From a virus, in the IMG/VR virus record IMGVR_UViG_3300034523_000087: a stretch of 63,327 nt of DNA; one strand, 5' to 3'. A model generated the notes under the pieces. It was not told the origin of the DNA and made no database searches. It saw only the letters and a program-made list of their open reading frames with translations. Positions 8,345 through 17,651 of the stretch are shown one piece after another (the first letter of the stretch is position 1; every line of letters starts with the position of its first letter). The position numbers were made by a program, and so were the translations under genes.

Positions 8345-9505
8345 TCACTCCGCGTAATCGAAGTCGCCGCGTGCTTTTGCCTGCTCAGCTTCGGACATCG
8401 ACTCGATATCTTTCAGCGTTTGCGGAGTACGCACGAGCGCGGAAGCCGCGGCAGGCGGTGCAACGGCCGGCGACTTCGGCTGGTTCGACACGGCGGCGGT
8501 TGCGCGGGATACGGCTTCTTTCCGACGTTCCTGGCGCGCGCGATCCTGCGGCGTTTGCTGACCCAGCGGTTTCACCGCAGCGGCTTGTTCCACGCCCAGG
8601 ACGTACTCGACGGCACGGGTCATGGCGATGACCTTGCCGTACTTCGGCGACAGGGACTGGAACAGCTCGTTGATCTCGTCGACGGTGCCCTGGTCGAACG
8701 CCTCGGCGTTGTTGTCGTCCAGCACGGCGTGAGTAGACCGCAGATTGGTCAGCAGCTCTTCAAACTTCAGGTTCTCCAGCTGTTCGCGGGCGCGCTCGTC
8801 AGCGATGCTCTCGGCGCGCTTGGTAGCCATGGCTTCCTGAATCGCGCGCATGTCCTTGCGGATCTGCGGCAGCAGATCGAAGTCGTTGGCTTTCATCGCC
8901 TCGATTTCGCGCGATTCCAGCTTGTCGTAGCTGGCCTGGAGATCGACCAGTTCAGAGGTCAGCGCGCGGGAGCGGTTCTGCTGCTCCAGCAGGTGCTCGG
9001 CAGCCCGGCGGCGCTCGGCTTCCTTCTGCATGCGGGAGCGCGGAACCATGTTCGGGATCGGGCGACCCTTATCGTCGAGCTTCTGCTCCGGCTCCGGCTC
9101 CGGTTCCGGTTCCTGCTCCGTCCCGGACTTGCCCTCGGGCTTGTCTTCGGGCTTGTCTTCGGGCTTGTCTTTGCCTTCCGGTTCGTCTTTGGCTTTCGGC
9201 TCGTCTTTGGATTTAGCCTCGGCGGAGTTCGGGTCCGCGGGATTGTCGCCGCGATCCTCCGGGAACTCTTCTTCTACGGTTTTCCGTGCAAAGCGACCTT
9301 GTTCGTCGCGCGCCGGCGCGTCGGTTTTCGGCGCGGGGCTATCGTCGAACAGCGCCACGTCGCCGCGGTCACCGTCTTCGTTGTGCGCACCCGGAGTGGC
9401 GTCGCCGGCAGGGATGGAATCGATGTCGATATCAGCCTCGGCACCGAAGGCGGCAGCACCTTCGTCGATCGGGGCGGACAGTACATGTCGAAGGAAATTA
9501 CGCAT
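8345..9505 (-). CDS. scaffolding protein
   Basis: Track ORF 8345..9520; ATG 9505 has the better RBS (GGAGA) and an 8-nt overlap with the portal gene. Acidic, low-complexity (KDEPKAKDEPEGKDKPEDKPE, EPEPEPEPE) and helical; lies between portal and capsid. Confidence 0.8.
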   Translation of the reverse strand: MRNFLRHVLSAPIDEGAAAFGAEADIDIDSIPAGDATPGAHNEDGDRGDVALFDDSPAPKTDAPARDEQGRFARKTVEEEFPEDRGDNPADPNSAEAKSKDEPKAKDEPEGKDKPEDKPEDKPEGKSGTEQEPEPEPEPEQKLDDKGRPIPNMVPRSRMQKEAERRRAAEHLLEQQNRSRALTSELVDLQASYDKLESREIEAMKANDFDLLPQIRKDMRAIQEAMATKRAESIADERAREQLENLKFEELLTNLRSTHAVLDDNNAEAFDQGTVDEINELFQSLSPKYGKVIAMTRAVEYVLGVEQAAAVKPLGQQTPQDRARQERRKEAVSRATAAVSNQPKSPAVAPPAAASALVRTPQTLKDIESMSEAEQAKARGDFDYAE

Positions 9506-11684
9506 CAGTGGATTCTCCATTCTTCGCGGGGGTAGGTTTCGGCTCTTGGGCGGCCTTCTCTGCTTCGATCCTCATTTTAAGCCGTTCCGTAACCGCGTCC
9601 AGTCGCAGTTTCTCCCGGTCGAGTGCCAGCTCGGCAGTTTTGATCTTGAGATCGTTGTCTACCTTGGTCTGTTCGAGCGCCAACCGCGCGGCTTCGATGT
9701 CCACACGCTGCTGCTCGATGTCGGCACGCTGCTGCTCGGTATCGGTGCCGGCCTTGAGCGCATCCGTCTCGGCCTGGACATTCTTGACGTTGGCCTGGGC
9801 GGACTTGTTCGCGGCGTCGGACTGCGCACGCTGCGCCTCGGCGGTGACTTTCGCCAGATTCGCCTGGGCAGTAGCCAGTTGCAGCTGGCGCAGCTGCTGC
9901 GCCTCCGGCGAATTCGCCTCGCTCTGCATCTGCTCGATGATGTCAGCTTTGTCCAACAGGCGGCTGTTCTGGATAAGCACGGTGTCGGGGATATTGATCC
10001 CTTCCTTGCGCATCGCCAGCGCCTGATCGAACTGGCTGTCCTCCAGGGTTTCCCGCGCAGGCACGGACTGGACGGTGACGAGGTATTCACCCAGGGTCAG
10101 GTCGTTGGCGATCTCACCTTCCGGGGTCACCTCGTTGATGGTGAACGACTCGTCTTTGTTCACGCCGCCGCCGTTGATGTACAGCAGTCGCTCTTCGTAG
10201 TAGTAGGTCTGCACGATGCTCAAGATCGCACGGGCCAGGAACACGTCACTACGGTCGAGGTTGTCGAGGATACGAGCCATGCCGGCGCGCCCAGCCATGC
10301 GGTTGGTTTCCAGGGCGCGGGCAGACACGTCCTCCCGTGCCTCGCCGCGCATGTAGTCGGTCACGCCGGAGATCGCCTTGATCCATGCCTGGGCCTTCTG
10401 GTTCATGCCTTCCAAGCCAGCCGGGAGCTGGTTCGGCTGGATCTTGTCGATGTCGTTCACGTCCTCGACTTCGACCACCAGACCTGTCTCGGCACCGCGT
10501 GCCTGGAGGTCGTCGACGGTCATGTTCTTGAGAGATCCGTGCTTCACCTTCCAGCCGCTATTGGCCGTGGTGTTGAGGATGTGCAGCTCCTGGCTGGCGG
10601 TTTTGTTCAACAGCTCCTGCACGCCGAACAGCTGCTCGACGATACCGGTGGTGTGCCCGAAGCGGAAATGCGGGAAATACGGAACGACCGTCAGGTACTC
10701 GTAGGGACTCCACCCGTCGTGCAGCAAGGTAGAGCCGGCTACCACGGTCCAACGAATCCGCTTGGCGATCTGCGAAATCTGCACGATGGACGGGTTCCGC
10801 ATCAGGTACTCAGCGGTCTTCAGCTCGTCCCAGCTGTCCGGCACAGGACGCAGCTCCCCGGTGCGCGTGTCGACGAACAGCTCCCGGCGGGTCAGTACGC
10901 GGTACTGCCGGTCAACCACGCGGATGTAGGCATCCTGGCGCTGGGTGCCCTCTTCGGTCTTGTTGATGTACTCCGGCAGCGCGATCCGGTCCCGATACTG
11001 GTCCGGGATGTCATTGGTCTGCGCAGAACGGTACTGGTTGGCCAGCGCGCGCAGCTCCTGGGTCTTCTTTTTCCCGTACAGGGCTTCGAGGCTATTCGGG
11101 GACATCCAGCGGGAGACGATCACGTCTTCCCAAGTCGCAGGGTCATAGTCAGTCGCGTCGGGGTCGATCAGCACCTCTTTCGGGTTCAGGGTCGTGACGG
11201 CCACCTCCCCGTACAGGTTCTCCGTGAAGTCCAGGCGCACGTCGTAGAACCCGCGTCCGGTGATGTTCCCGTCCTCGAACACGTCCGTACGCTTCCACGT
11301 CAGGTGGTTCCCCTGGCTGATGTGCTTGAACGTCTTGTTCAGGGCGGTGGCGGTTCGGTCGTCGACGTTCCCGTACCGCGGGCTGAAGCGGATCTCGTTC
11401 CGTCCGCCGATCTGTTCCCCGACCATCACGTCCATGGTCTGGAGCACCAAGTTGATCGTCAAGGCCGGGCGGCGCTGCGCCCGCAAGCGGGTGATATCGT
11501 CCTCTTTCCACTGGTCACCCCACCAGAAGTTTTGGCACTTCTCGGCGGTGAGGATGAACTTGTCGTGGCCGCTGTCGCGCATGTAGTCGTATCGGCACCA
11601 CGTCGCGTTGACCAGTAAGGACTCGTCGTTCTTCGACAACGTGCCCGGTAGCGGCAGGTCAAAGGTGTATGCGGAGTTGATCAT
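9498..11684 (-). CDS. portal protein
   Basis: 728-aa ORF directly downstream of TerL and upstream of the scaffold gene; size and position typical. Confidence 0.8.
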   Translation of the reverse strand: MINSAYTFDLPLPGTLSKNDESLLVNATWCRYDYMRDSGHDKFILTAEKCQNFWWGDQWKEDDITRLRAQRRPALTINLVLQTMDVMVGEQIGGRNEIRFSPRYGNVDDRTATALNKTFKHISQGNHLTWKRTDVFEDGNITGRGFYDVRLDFTENLYGEVAVTTLNPKEVLIDPDATDYDPATWEDVIVSRWMSPNSLEALYGKKKTQELRALANQYRSAQTNDIPDQYRDRIALPEYINKTEEGTQRQDAYIRVVDRQYRVLTRRELFVDTRTGELRPVPDSWDELKTAEYLMRNPSIVQISQIAKRIRWTVVAGSTLLHDGWSPYEYLTVVPYFPHFRFGHTTGIVEQLFGVQELLNKTASQELHILNTTANSGWKVKHGSLKNMTVDDLQARGAETGLVVEVEDVNDIDKIQPNQLPAGLEGMNQKAQAWIKAISGVTDYMRGEAREDVSARALETNRMAGRAGMARILDNLDRSDVFLARAILSIVQTYYYEERLLYINGGGVNKDESFTINEVTPEGEIANDLTLGEYLVTVQSVPARETLEDSQFDQALAMRKEGINIPDTVLIQNSRLLDKADIIEQMQSEANSPEAQQLRQLQLATAQANLAKVTAEAQRAQSDAANKSAQANVKNVQAETDALKAGTDTEQQRADIEQQRVDIEAARLALEQTKVDNDLKIKTAELALDREKLRLDAVTERLKMRIEAEKAAQEPKPTPAKNGESTDA

Positions 11685-11697
11685 CGGGCGTTCCCCA

Positions 11698-13569
11698 TCA
11701 TGCGCTCATGTGACTGCCGTTCCCGACGCCGCGCAGGATGTCGGACAACTGCTGCGCAACGGTGCGATCCCCGCGACGCGGCCGGCGCGCGGAAAGAGGG
11801 AGCGGTGGGTTCTTAGTAAGGATCAGCTGTGCCATCCATGCAAGCGCGTCGACTATATCATCGTGCCGGCCTACCGGGAATCGAAGGAACTCAGCCTTCA
11901 TCGTATCGATCCAGCGAGCGCCGCGGCGCAGCGTGACCATGTGGTTCGCCATACGGCCCTGGAGCGGCCGGGCACGTGCCGATTTATCGGTCAGCGGCTT
12001 CAGCAGCTCGACCTTGACGTAGATTTTCCGCCGCTTGGCCTCGGCTTCGAAATACGGCCTGATCGACTTCCAAATCTGCCCATCTTCCACGCCCAGGACG
12101 GGGTTGTGCGACTTGTACCGCTGCACGGTGTCGAGTATGGCCGTGACCACCTTCGAGCTGTCCCCCGTGCGCATACGGATGATGTCGTCGACGTGGATCG
12201 TGTCGTTCGGCATGTGCAACCCGGCGGCGATGACGGTGTAGTCACTGGTCTGCTTCTCGGTGATCGCGAAGTCCACGGTGATGTACGCCGTGCCGTCGTA
12301 GCGCTCGTCCCCAGGGTCGTGCTCGATGAAGTAGTCCGACTTGAAGTATTCCCCGTCGTCCGGCACCGGGTTCTGCTGGTACAGGCTGTTCCAGTCCCGC
12401 GCATGCAAGATCCGTTTCAGGTTGAGCAGGTACTTCCGGCTGTACCGGGCTTCGTGCAGAGCTTCCCCGGCCTTCCTGAACGGTACGGCACCGGGCAGCG
12501 GTGAATCGACGATCGTATCGTCCTGGGCCAGCCACTCGTCGTTCTCGGCCAAGGCAGCGAAGTTGACGATCTTCCACTTCTCATACTCAGGGTCTTCCTC
12601 CATCGCGGCGCAGAGCCGGCCGGACAGGTCATCATCGTGCCAGCGGGTGTTGATCAGCAGCACGCCGCCGCCGGGGGTCAAACGGGTCAGCGCCGTCGAG
12701 GTGTACCAGTCCCAGGTCTTCTCCCGGATCGTCTCCGAATCCGCCGACTCCCGGTCCTTGAACGGGTCGTCGATGATCAGCATGTGGCAGCCCATACCAG
12801 TCACGCCGACGCCAACGCCCGCGGCACGTACACCGCCGCCTTTCGACGTGGCCCAGTCATCGATACGCTCGTTGACCAGTTCCAAGTCCGGGAAGATCGC
12901 CTTGTATTCCTGGCTCTTCACCGTGCTGAGGATGTCGCGGGACATCTTCTCGGCCAAGTCCATGCCGTAGCTGGCCAGGATGATCCCCGCCTCTGGGTAT
13001 TTCCCCAGCGCCCAGGCCGGGAACTTCCGGCTGGTCTGCTCGGATTTCCCGTGCCGCGGCGGGAACGTGACCATGACGCGGGGCGACCGCCCATTCATGG
13101 AGTCGTCGAGAAATTGCTCCAGTACGCGCGCCAGGATCTCGTGGGCGACGGCTACCTCGTACTTCGAGTTCATCTTCTGCACGAACGGGAGGAACCGCCG
13201 GCGCATGAGCGTGCGCTCGGCCATGATCTTCTGCGCGGCGGCCAGCTGGTACTCGTGGCTATCCCGGCTGACGACCCCGATACTGCCGTCCTCGTAGATC
13301 ACGTGGGCCGAATTCGACCGCGTGTTCTCGCGCATGATCTTCGGGTTGGCGCGGGGCTTCTTCTTGTCGATCCGGTCTTTCTTCAGTTTGGCCGTTTTCG
13401 GGATCGGCACGGTATCGACAGGATCATTCGCTACATCGACGATCTTGTTCCCTCGGCCGGCGACGCGGCAGGACAGACAGATCCCGGTGCTGTGCCTGGG
13501 GGTATAGATCGGCGATTCGCACTTCGAGCAGTGCCAGCGCGGCTTACGCTCACTCGACGTATTCGGCAT
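11698..13569 (-). CDS. terL: terminase large subunit with N-terminal Zn-ribbon extension
   Basis: Walker A-like FPPRHGKSE, Walker B HMLIIDDPF, nuclease-domain start AYITVDFAITEKQTSDYTV; the extra ~120 aa at the N-terminus contain CSKC...CLSC. Confidence 0.9.
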   Translation of the reverse strand: MPNTSSERKPRWHCSKCESPIYTPRHSTGICLSCRVAGRGNKIVDVANDPVDTVPIPKTAKLKKDRIDKKKPRANPKIMRENTRSNSAHVIYEDGSIGVVSRDSHEYQLAAAQKIMAERTLMRRRFLPFVQKMNSKYEVAVAHEILARVLEQFLDDSMNGRSPRVMVTFPPRHGKSEQTSRKFPAWALGKYPEAGIILASYGMDLAEKMSRDILSTVKSQEYKAIFPDLELVNERIDDWATSKGGGVRAAGVGVGVTGMGCHMLIIDDPFKDRESADSETIREKTWDWYTSTALTRLTPGGGVLLINTRWHDDDLSGRLCAAMEEDPEYEKWKIVNFAALAENDEWLAQDDTIVDSPLPGAVPFRKAGEALHEARYSRKYLLNLKRILHARDWNSLYQQNPVPDDGEYFKSDYFIEHDPGDERYDGTAYITVDFAITEKQTSDYTVIAAGLHMPNDTIHVDDIIRMRTGDSSKVVTAILDTVQRYKSHNPVLGVEDGQIWKSIRPYFEAEAKRRKIYVKVELLKPLTDKSARARPLQGRMANHMVTLRRGARWIDTMKAEFLRFPVGRHDDIVDALAWMAQLILTKNPPLPLSARRPRRGDRTVAQQLSDILRGVGNGSHMSA

Positions 13570-14263
13570 CTTCGGCTCCTTCGATTTCCTCGGCCGACAA
13601 GATCCGGCTGTTCTCTTGGATCACCTTCAGCAGCTCGGCGTCGGTCTTGGTCTGCATCTGTGCCGCGATCTGCGCTGCGCCGCCGGTGATCTCGATCTTG
13701 ACCTTGGCTTCGTACATCCCGTGCATCAGACCCAGTTCCCGGTAGCCGGCGATCATCGTGCGGGGGTCAGCCATCTGCCGGGCGATGGCAATGGCGTCCC
13801 GGAACCCGTGGATGATCTCTTCGCGCGTGACCTCGCTGATCTCCATGTTCTTTTCGAACAGCGTACGCAGCGCGCGCTGTACGCCGACACGGTTCATCAG
13901 CTTCTTGGCATCTGCTGCGGGGGAGGGGAAGTTCGCGCCGGCGGCGGCATCGACAGGACTCTGCCCCTGGGCCACACGGATACAGAACTCCCTTTCCATG
14001 GGGTCGAGGTCCATCAGGGACTTCGCACGGGTGCGCTGGAGCTTGTAGTGACGCTGCTCGTCAGGGTCAACGAACGAATGCTCCGGCTTGACCTCGGCCA
14101 CTGCGGTCGATGCGCGTGACATAGCGGTGGCTGCCTTGGTTTTTGAGGGCGGCCGCCGGGAAGTGGTCTTGGTAGTGACCGGCTTGGCGGTCTTGGTAGA
14201 GGTGCTGGCCTTGGTAGTCTTGGTAGAGGTGCTGGCCTTGGCGGCTTTGGTGGTGCGTGCCAT
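13550..14263 (-). CDS. terS: terminase small subunit
   Basis: Track ORF 13550..14275 starts at GTG; ATG 14263 has a GGAG RBS. Lys/Thr-rich repeat N-terminus, then a helical core (VTREEIIHGFRDAIAIAR...YRELGLMHGMY) typical of small terminases; upstream of terL. Confidence 0.75.
   Translation of the reverse strand: MARTTKAAKASTSTKTTKASTSTKTAKPVTTKTTSRRPPSKTKAATAMSRASTAVAEVKPEHSFVDPDEQRHYKLQRTRAKSLMDLDPMEREFCIRVAQGQSPVDAAAGANFPSPAADAKKLMNRVGVQRALRTLFEKNMEISEVTREEIIHGFRDAIAIARQMADPRTMIAGYRELGLMHGMYEAKVKIEITGGAAQIAAQMQTKTDAELLKVIQENSRILSAEEIEGAEDAEYVE
14166..14244. repeat. 27-bp tandem repeat (2 perfect-like units plus 1 degenerate) inside terS
   Basis: TCTTGGTAGAGGTGCTGGCCTTGG at 14191 and 14218; encodes KASTSTKTT repeats. 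Confidence 0.85.
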
Positions 14264-14328
14264 GTCGTACTCCACGGGGATGGGACGGCTGTTTCATGGC
14301 ACAAAGTGTAGCGGGGCAGGGAGTAGGT

Positions 14329-14344
14329 GGTCCATCCATGGACC
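14329..14344. other. palindrome GGTCCAT-CC-ATGGACC upstream of terS
   Basis: 7-bp arms in the 135-bp gap before terS. Confidence 0.6.
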
Positions 14345-14410
14345 GGTCGGCATGGCTCGCAGGTTCAGTCTACGCAGCTGCCGAGGGGCGCGTAAAGAGG
14401 TCGACGCCGG

Positions 14411-14764
14411 TCAAATTTCGAGCGATTCACTGATTCTGGTAAGCGTCAGCTCTACACAGCGCAGGCGGTCGTTCAGGGAGTCGAGCGCGTTGAACAGGGG
14501 GCTGTGTACGGCGGGAGACACCGGTATTTCGCTGTTCGCTGCAATGGTGGTCACCCTGACCGGTGCGAGCCGAGCTGCCAGCTCGTCCACTGCACGATCG
14601 AGGCGATTGATGGTGCGCTCGATCTCGATGACGGCATCGGCCACGGGCGAAGAAGTAGCCTGCGTGGCTTGTGCGGCCTGTGCGGTGCTGGCGGATGCGT
14701 AGCCGACCTGTCCGCTACGGGTAGAGGGGGCATCGAACGGCGATACGGGGGTAGGTGCGGACAT
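14411..14764 (-). CDS. hypothetical protein (117 aa)
   Basis: Internal ATG of track ORF 14411..14932 with AGGAG RBS, 5 nt after the upstream stop. Confidence 0.65.
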   Translation of the reverse strand: MSAPTPVSPFDAPSTRSGQVGYASASTAQAAQATQATSSPVADAVIEIERTINRLDRAVDELAARLAPVRVTTIAANSEIPVSPAVHSPLFNALDSLNDRLRCVELTLTRISESLEI

Positions 14765-14769
14765 GGTAG

Positions 14770-15129
14770 TCACTCCTGTACGGGGCTGGTGAGGCCGTTG
14801 GGTTCCAGACGTACATCCATCCAGGCGCGGAAGCCGGCCAGTTCCCACAACTTGTCGCGGGCCTGATCCAAGGCTTTGCCAGTGGCGATGCGCTCGCCGA
14901 TCTCGCGGTCGAAGTTGTTCGGGTCCACACACGCGCTGATGGCAGTGGACAAGGTGAACTCGCCGTCGAGCAGCGCGACAGCAACGGTCGTGGTGGTGCC
15001 TTCTACTACATGGCAGCGGACGATCACGCGGTCGAACAGGCCCTGGATGTACGACGAAGGGATACGCGGGGCGGTCAGACCCTTGGCTTTCATTTCCTGT
15101 TCGGTCTTGCTTTCGGTTTCGATGGACAT
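14770..15129 (-). CDS. Gp49-like protein (N4 gp49 / Sf6 gp66 family look-alike)
   Basis: Internal ATG of track ORF 14770..15204 with AGGAG RBS; TTTVAVALLDGEFTLSTAISACVDPNNFDREIGERIA...ARDKLWELAGF matches my memory of that family. Confidence 0.65.
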   Translation of the reverse strand: MSIETESKTEQEMKAKGLTAPRIPSSYIQGLFDRVIVRCHVVEGTTTTVAVALLDGEFTLSTAISACVDPNNFDREIGERIATGKALDQARDKLWELAGFRAWMDVRLEPNGLTSPVQE

Positions 15130-15133
15130 TTGA

Positions 15134-15565
15134 TCACTCCTGGGGCTTGTTAAGTCCGTGTTCGTCGGTGGTGACGAGATCAGGGTTCGCGCCGGTGATA
15201 GCACTCGACAGCGCGGACGGCTCGGCGTGCATCAGCTCGTGTTCAGCTCGTTCGATCTCAGCACGCTTGGACTCGATCACGTCCTTGTTGCTGTAGGAGC
15301 CGTGCTTGCCTTCTTCCACTTCACGAGCCAGCTCGTCGATGGAGGGCAAGCCGAAGGCTTCACGAGCACGTTGGATGATGCCGCCGTACGAGTTGACCAG
15401 ATCCATGTGCAGGGTGGCGAGTTCGCGCATGGCGTCGTCGGCCCGGAACTGATCTTCGGAGTCGATGCACTGCTGGAGGTATTCGACGCGGGACTTGAGG
15501 TAGTCGAGATCGTTGAGGTGGGTAACGCAGGCTGCGATGGTGACTTGCTTCAGGGAGGGGTTCAT
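15134..15565 (-). CDS. hypothetical protein (143 aa), first leftward gene
   Basis: Track ORF; first minus-strand gene next to the divergent control region. Confidence 0.7.
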   Translation of the reverse strand: MNPSLKQVTIAACVTHLNDLDYLKSRVEYLQQCIDSEDQFRADDAMRELATLHMDLVNSYGGIIQRAREAFGLPSIDELAREVEEGKHGSYSNKDVIESKRAEIERAEHELMHAEPSALSSAITGANPDLVTTDEHGLNKPQE

Positions 15566-15598
15566 GCCGGGTTCCTTTGCGGTTTGGTTGAACGCGAT

Positions 15599-15628
15599 GA
15601 ATGTAGCACTGAAACGTTCAACGTGACA
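15599..15628 (-). promoter_or_regulatory. candidate sigma70-type promoter for the leftward genes
   Basis: Minus strand TTGTCA-N18-TACATT about 35 nt upstream of ATG 15565; by-eye match only. Confidence 0.3.
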
Positions 15629-15665
15629 ACCTTATGGGTTGGTGGTTTTATTTTGAAACTGCTTC

Positions 15666-15766
15666 GATGGCCCTGCGGTTTGGTTTTAAATACCCGTAGG
15701 AGCATGAATTTCGCGGTTTTGTTTTAGATAGCCCTGCGGTTTGGTTTTAGATGGCCATGGGAGCGT
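15666..15766 (+). repeat. two tandem ~60-bp direct repeats in the divergent early control region
   Basis: GATGGCCCTGCGGTTTGGTTTTAAATACCCGTAGGAGCATG versus GATAGCCCTGCGGTTTGGTTTTAGATGGCCATGGGAGCGTG; partial copies at 15574..15590 and 15711..15729. Confidence 0.8.
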
Positions 15767-15871
15767 GGGGGCAGGTCCACCCCTCCCCTCTCAAAAACCC
15801 CACTCCCCACTTCGGATTCGTTTTCGTCTCCGGCCAAAAGAATTCTTACCCCCCTCCCCCCTATGCCTCTC

Positions 15872-15892
15872 GTGATTCGCGGAGCGAATCAC
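15872..15892 (+). promoter_or_regulatory. perfect 9-bp stem / 3-nt loop hairpin upstream of the first rightward gene
   Basis: GTGATTCGC-GGA-GCGAATCAC, 42 nt before ATG 15934; no U-tract. Confidence 0.6.
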
Positions 15893-15933
15893 CCTTACTC
15901 CTTGTGTCTTTCATCCACACTGGAGTTCGCATC

Positions 15934-16164
15934 ATGACCTTGCTCGCTCGCTACAAGACCTTCGTTTCGGTTCTCAACCGTGTGCTCGCTCTCAAGTTCA
16001 GCCTCGGCCTGATCATATTCTGCATCACCTACGTCGGCATCAGTGCCTTTGGCTTCTATGCCTTGTGGTTCACCTACGGCTGGTGGTGCGTACCCATCCT
16101 CGCTGGCGCTACCGTGGTCGTCTACTACACGCAGCGCTTCTTCATCGACGCCATCTTCATCTGA
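15934..16164 (+). CDS. small membrane protein (76 aa)
   Basis: Internal ATG of track ORF 15751..16164 with GGAG 9 nt upstream; two hydrophobic helices (LGLIIFCITYVGISAFGFYALWF, WWCVPILAGATVVVYY). Confidence 0.6.
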   Translation: MTLLARYKTFVSVLNRVLALKFSLGLIIFCITYVGISAFGFYALWFTYGWWCVPILAGATVVVYYTQRFFIDAIFI

Positions 16165-16232
16165 CCTACCGTGCGCGCTGCGGAGCAGCGCGCTCTCTGT
16201 CTCTACGCATTCATTCACTTCGAGGATCTACC

Positions 16233-16514
16233 ATGTCTACTTTCGCTGCTCTGAAGAACCTGGGTTCGGCCATCGTCTCCGACATCGCTGCTGGCGCACG
16301 CGCGACCGCGGCTGCAACTGGCTCGGCCTACGAGTCGGTCAGCGCCAAGGTCGCGCACAAGCGCGGCGAGCGCCAGATCATCAACGAGTTCCGCAATATG
16401 CTGAACGAGCATCCCGGCGAGCTGCTGGCTGCGATGCGCAGCATTCAGGATCAGCTCGCCCAGCCGACCAAGCCTGCACGCAAGCCTCGCGCTCGCAAGG
16501 CGGCTGCACAATGA
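16233..16514 (+). CDS. hypothetical early protein (93 aa)
   Basis: Internal ATG of track ORF 16065..16514 with GAGGA RBS; ATGA-coupled to the next gene. Confidence 0.65.
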   Translation: MSTFAALKNLGSAIVSDIAAGARATAAATGSAYESVSAKVAHKRGERQIINEFRNMLNEHPGELLAAMRSIQDQLAQPTKPARKPRARKAAAQ

Positions 16515-16708
16515 GCCAGTCGCAGGTCAACGAGTTCCTGGCTCTGCTCCAGGCCAACCGCCAGCTGATGGCGCAGCTGTCCGAAGCATTCGGCACTGCG
16601 CTTGAAATGGCCGACCACCACATGCCGAGCGCGTCGCGGCACATGGCTCGCATCAACGACGAGCTGCTGGCCGCAGTGCATCGCATCGAGAATCCATCGC
16701 AGGTCTGA
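16511..16708 (+). CDS. hypothetical early protein (65 aa)
   Basis: Internal ATG (MSQSQVNEF...) of track ORF 16043..16708; followed by terminator. Confidence 0.6.
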   Translation: MSQSQVNEFLALLQANRQLMAQLSEAFGTALEMADHHMPSASRHMARINDELLAAVHRIENPSQV

Positions 16709-16714
16709 CGACGA

Positions 16715-16742
16715 GGGCGCACCGGGAGGTGCGCCCTTTTTG
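16715..16742 (+). terminator. intrinsic terminator
   Basis: GGGCGCACC-GGGA-GGTGCGCCC-TTTTT. Confidence 0.85.
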
Positions 16743-16783
16743 TCGTTGTGGCAATTCCGCCACCTTATATAGGACTCTGTACC

Positions 16784-17575
16784 ATGACCTACATCACCGA
16801 TCTGCTCGATTCCAAGTCCCCGGCTGCACTGGCTGCTCTGCGTTCCACCGCGAACAGCTGCCTGATGCGTGCCGTCAATCAGGCACTGAAGCTGGCGCGC
16901 ATGCAACTGCGTCATGTTGGTCGCGGCATCGACGGTGCCAACGACCTGCGTGCCATGGCTGACGCTGCGAAGGCTCGCGCTCAGCAGCTGGACAGCGCCG
17001 GACGGGACAGTATCACTTCCGAGGAAGTCATCCTGCGCAACTTCCGCCTGTACTACGCCATCGCCACTCGGCTGGAGGATCGCGACAGCGAGTACGAGCG
17101 TGCGATGACCGTCGACCAGGCATTCGAATTCGTGACCACTCCGCGCGACAGCAGCAAGCTGTCGCAGTCCGCCGAGCTGGCTGCGTTGTCGAAGATCTCC
17201 GGTATGTCGCCTGAAGACATCCTGAAGATGCGCGACCTCGACGCTCGCCGGTACGCGGACTCGGCCAAGGATGCGCAGCCGCTGGCTCGTGTCATCCTCG
17301 ACGACATCCCGCACAACGGTGTCAGCGAGGACGAGCTGTTCCTCGAACTCCCGGTCGAGCAGCAGTTCCAGACCTTCGCCAAGGCCACTGAGGCCGCGGT
17401 GGTGCAGCTGCAACGCGACACGCAGCGTGCTGCTCGCTTCCTCGAAAGCCCGGTGCGTGCGCTGCGTGACCTCGCGTTCAGCGACGTGACCGTGAGCAAG
17501 GCCGATGCGGACTCCCTGGAGAAACAGCTGGAGCACTTCATCGTCACCCACAAGTCCGAACTGGAATTCATGTAA
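16784..17575 (+). CDS. hypothetical early protein (263 aa)
   Basis: Track ORF 16748..17575; ATG 16784 lies after the terminator and has an AGGA RBS; followed by terminator. Confidence 0.75.
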   Translation: MTYITDLLDSKSPAALAALRSTANSCLMRAVNQALKLARMQLRHVGRGIDGANDLRAMADAAKARAQQLDSAGRDSITSEEVILRNFRLYYAIATRLEDRDSEYERAMTVDQAFEFVTTPRDSSKLSQSAELAALSKISGMSPEDILKMRDLDARRYADSAKDAQPLARVILDDIPHNGVSEDELFLELPVEQQFQTFAKATEAAVVQLQRDTQRAARFLESPVRALRDLAFSDVTVSKADADSLEKQLEHFIVTHKSELEFM

Positions 17576-17580
17576 ACCCT

Positions 17581-17612
17581 GGCGCTCGACTCTTCGGAGT
17601 CGAGCGCCTTTT
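17581..17612 (+). terminator. intrinsic terminator
   Basis: GGCGCTCGACTC-TTCG-GAGTCGAGCGCC-TTTT. Confidence 0.85.
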
Positions 17613-17651
17613 CCGCGTTCTACCCTCAACCACCAACCGCGCCTGGGCGCT

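Noticed and set aside
9030-11618. 862-aa + strand ORF
   Set aside because: It is antisense to the portal gene, has Arg/Gly/Val/His/Leu-rich junk composition and no RBS. Long spurious antisense ORFs are expected in high-GC DNA.
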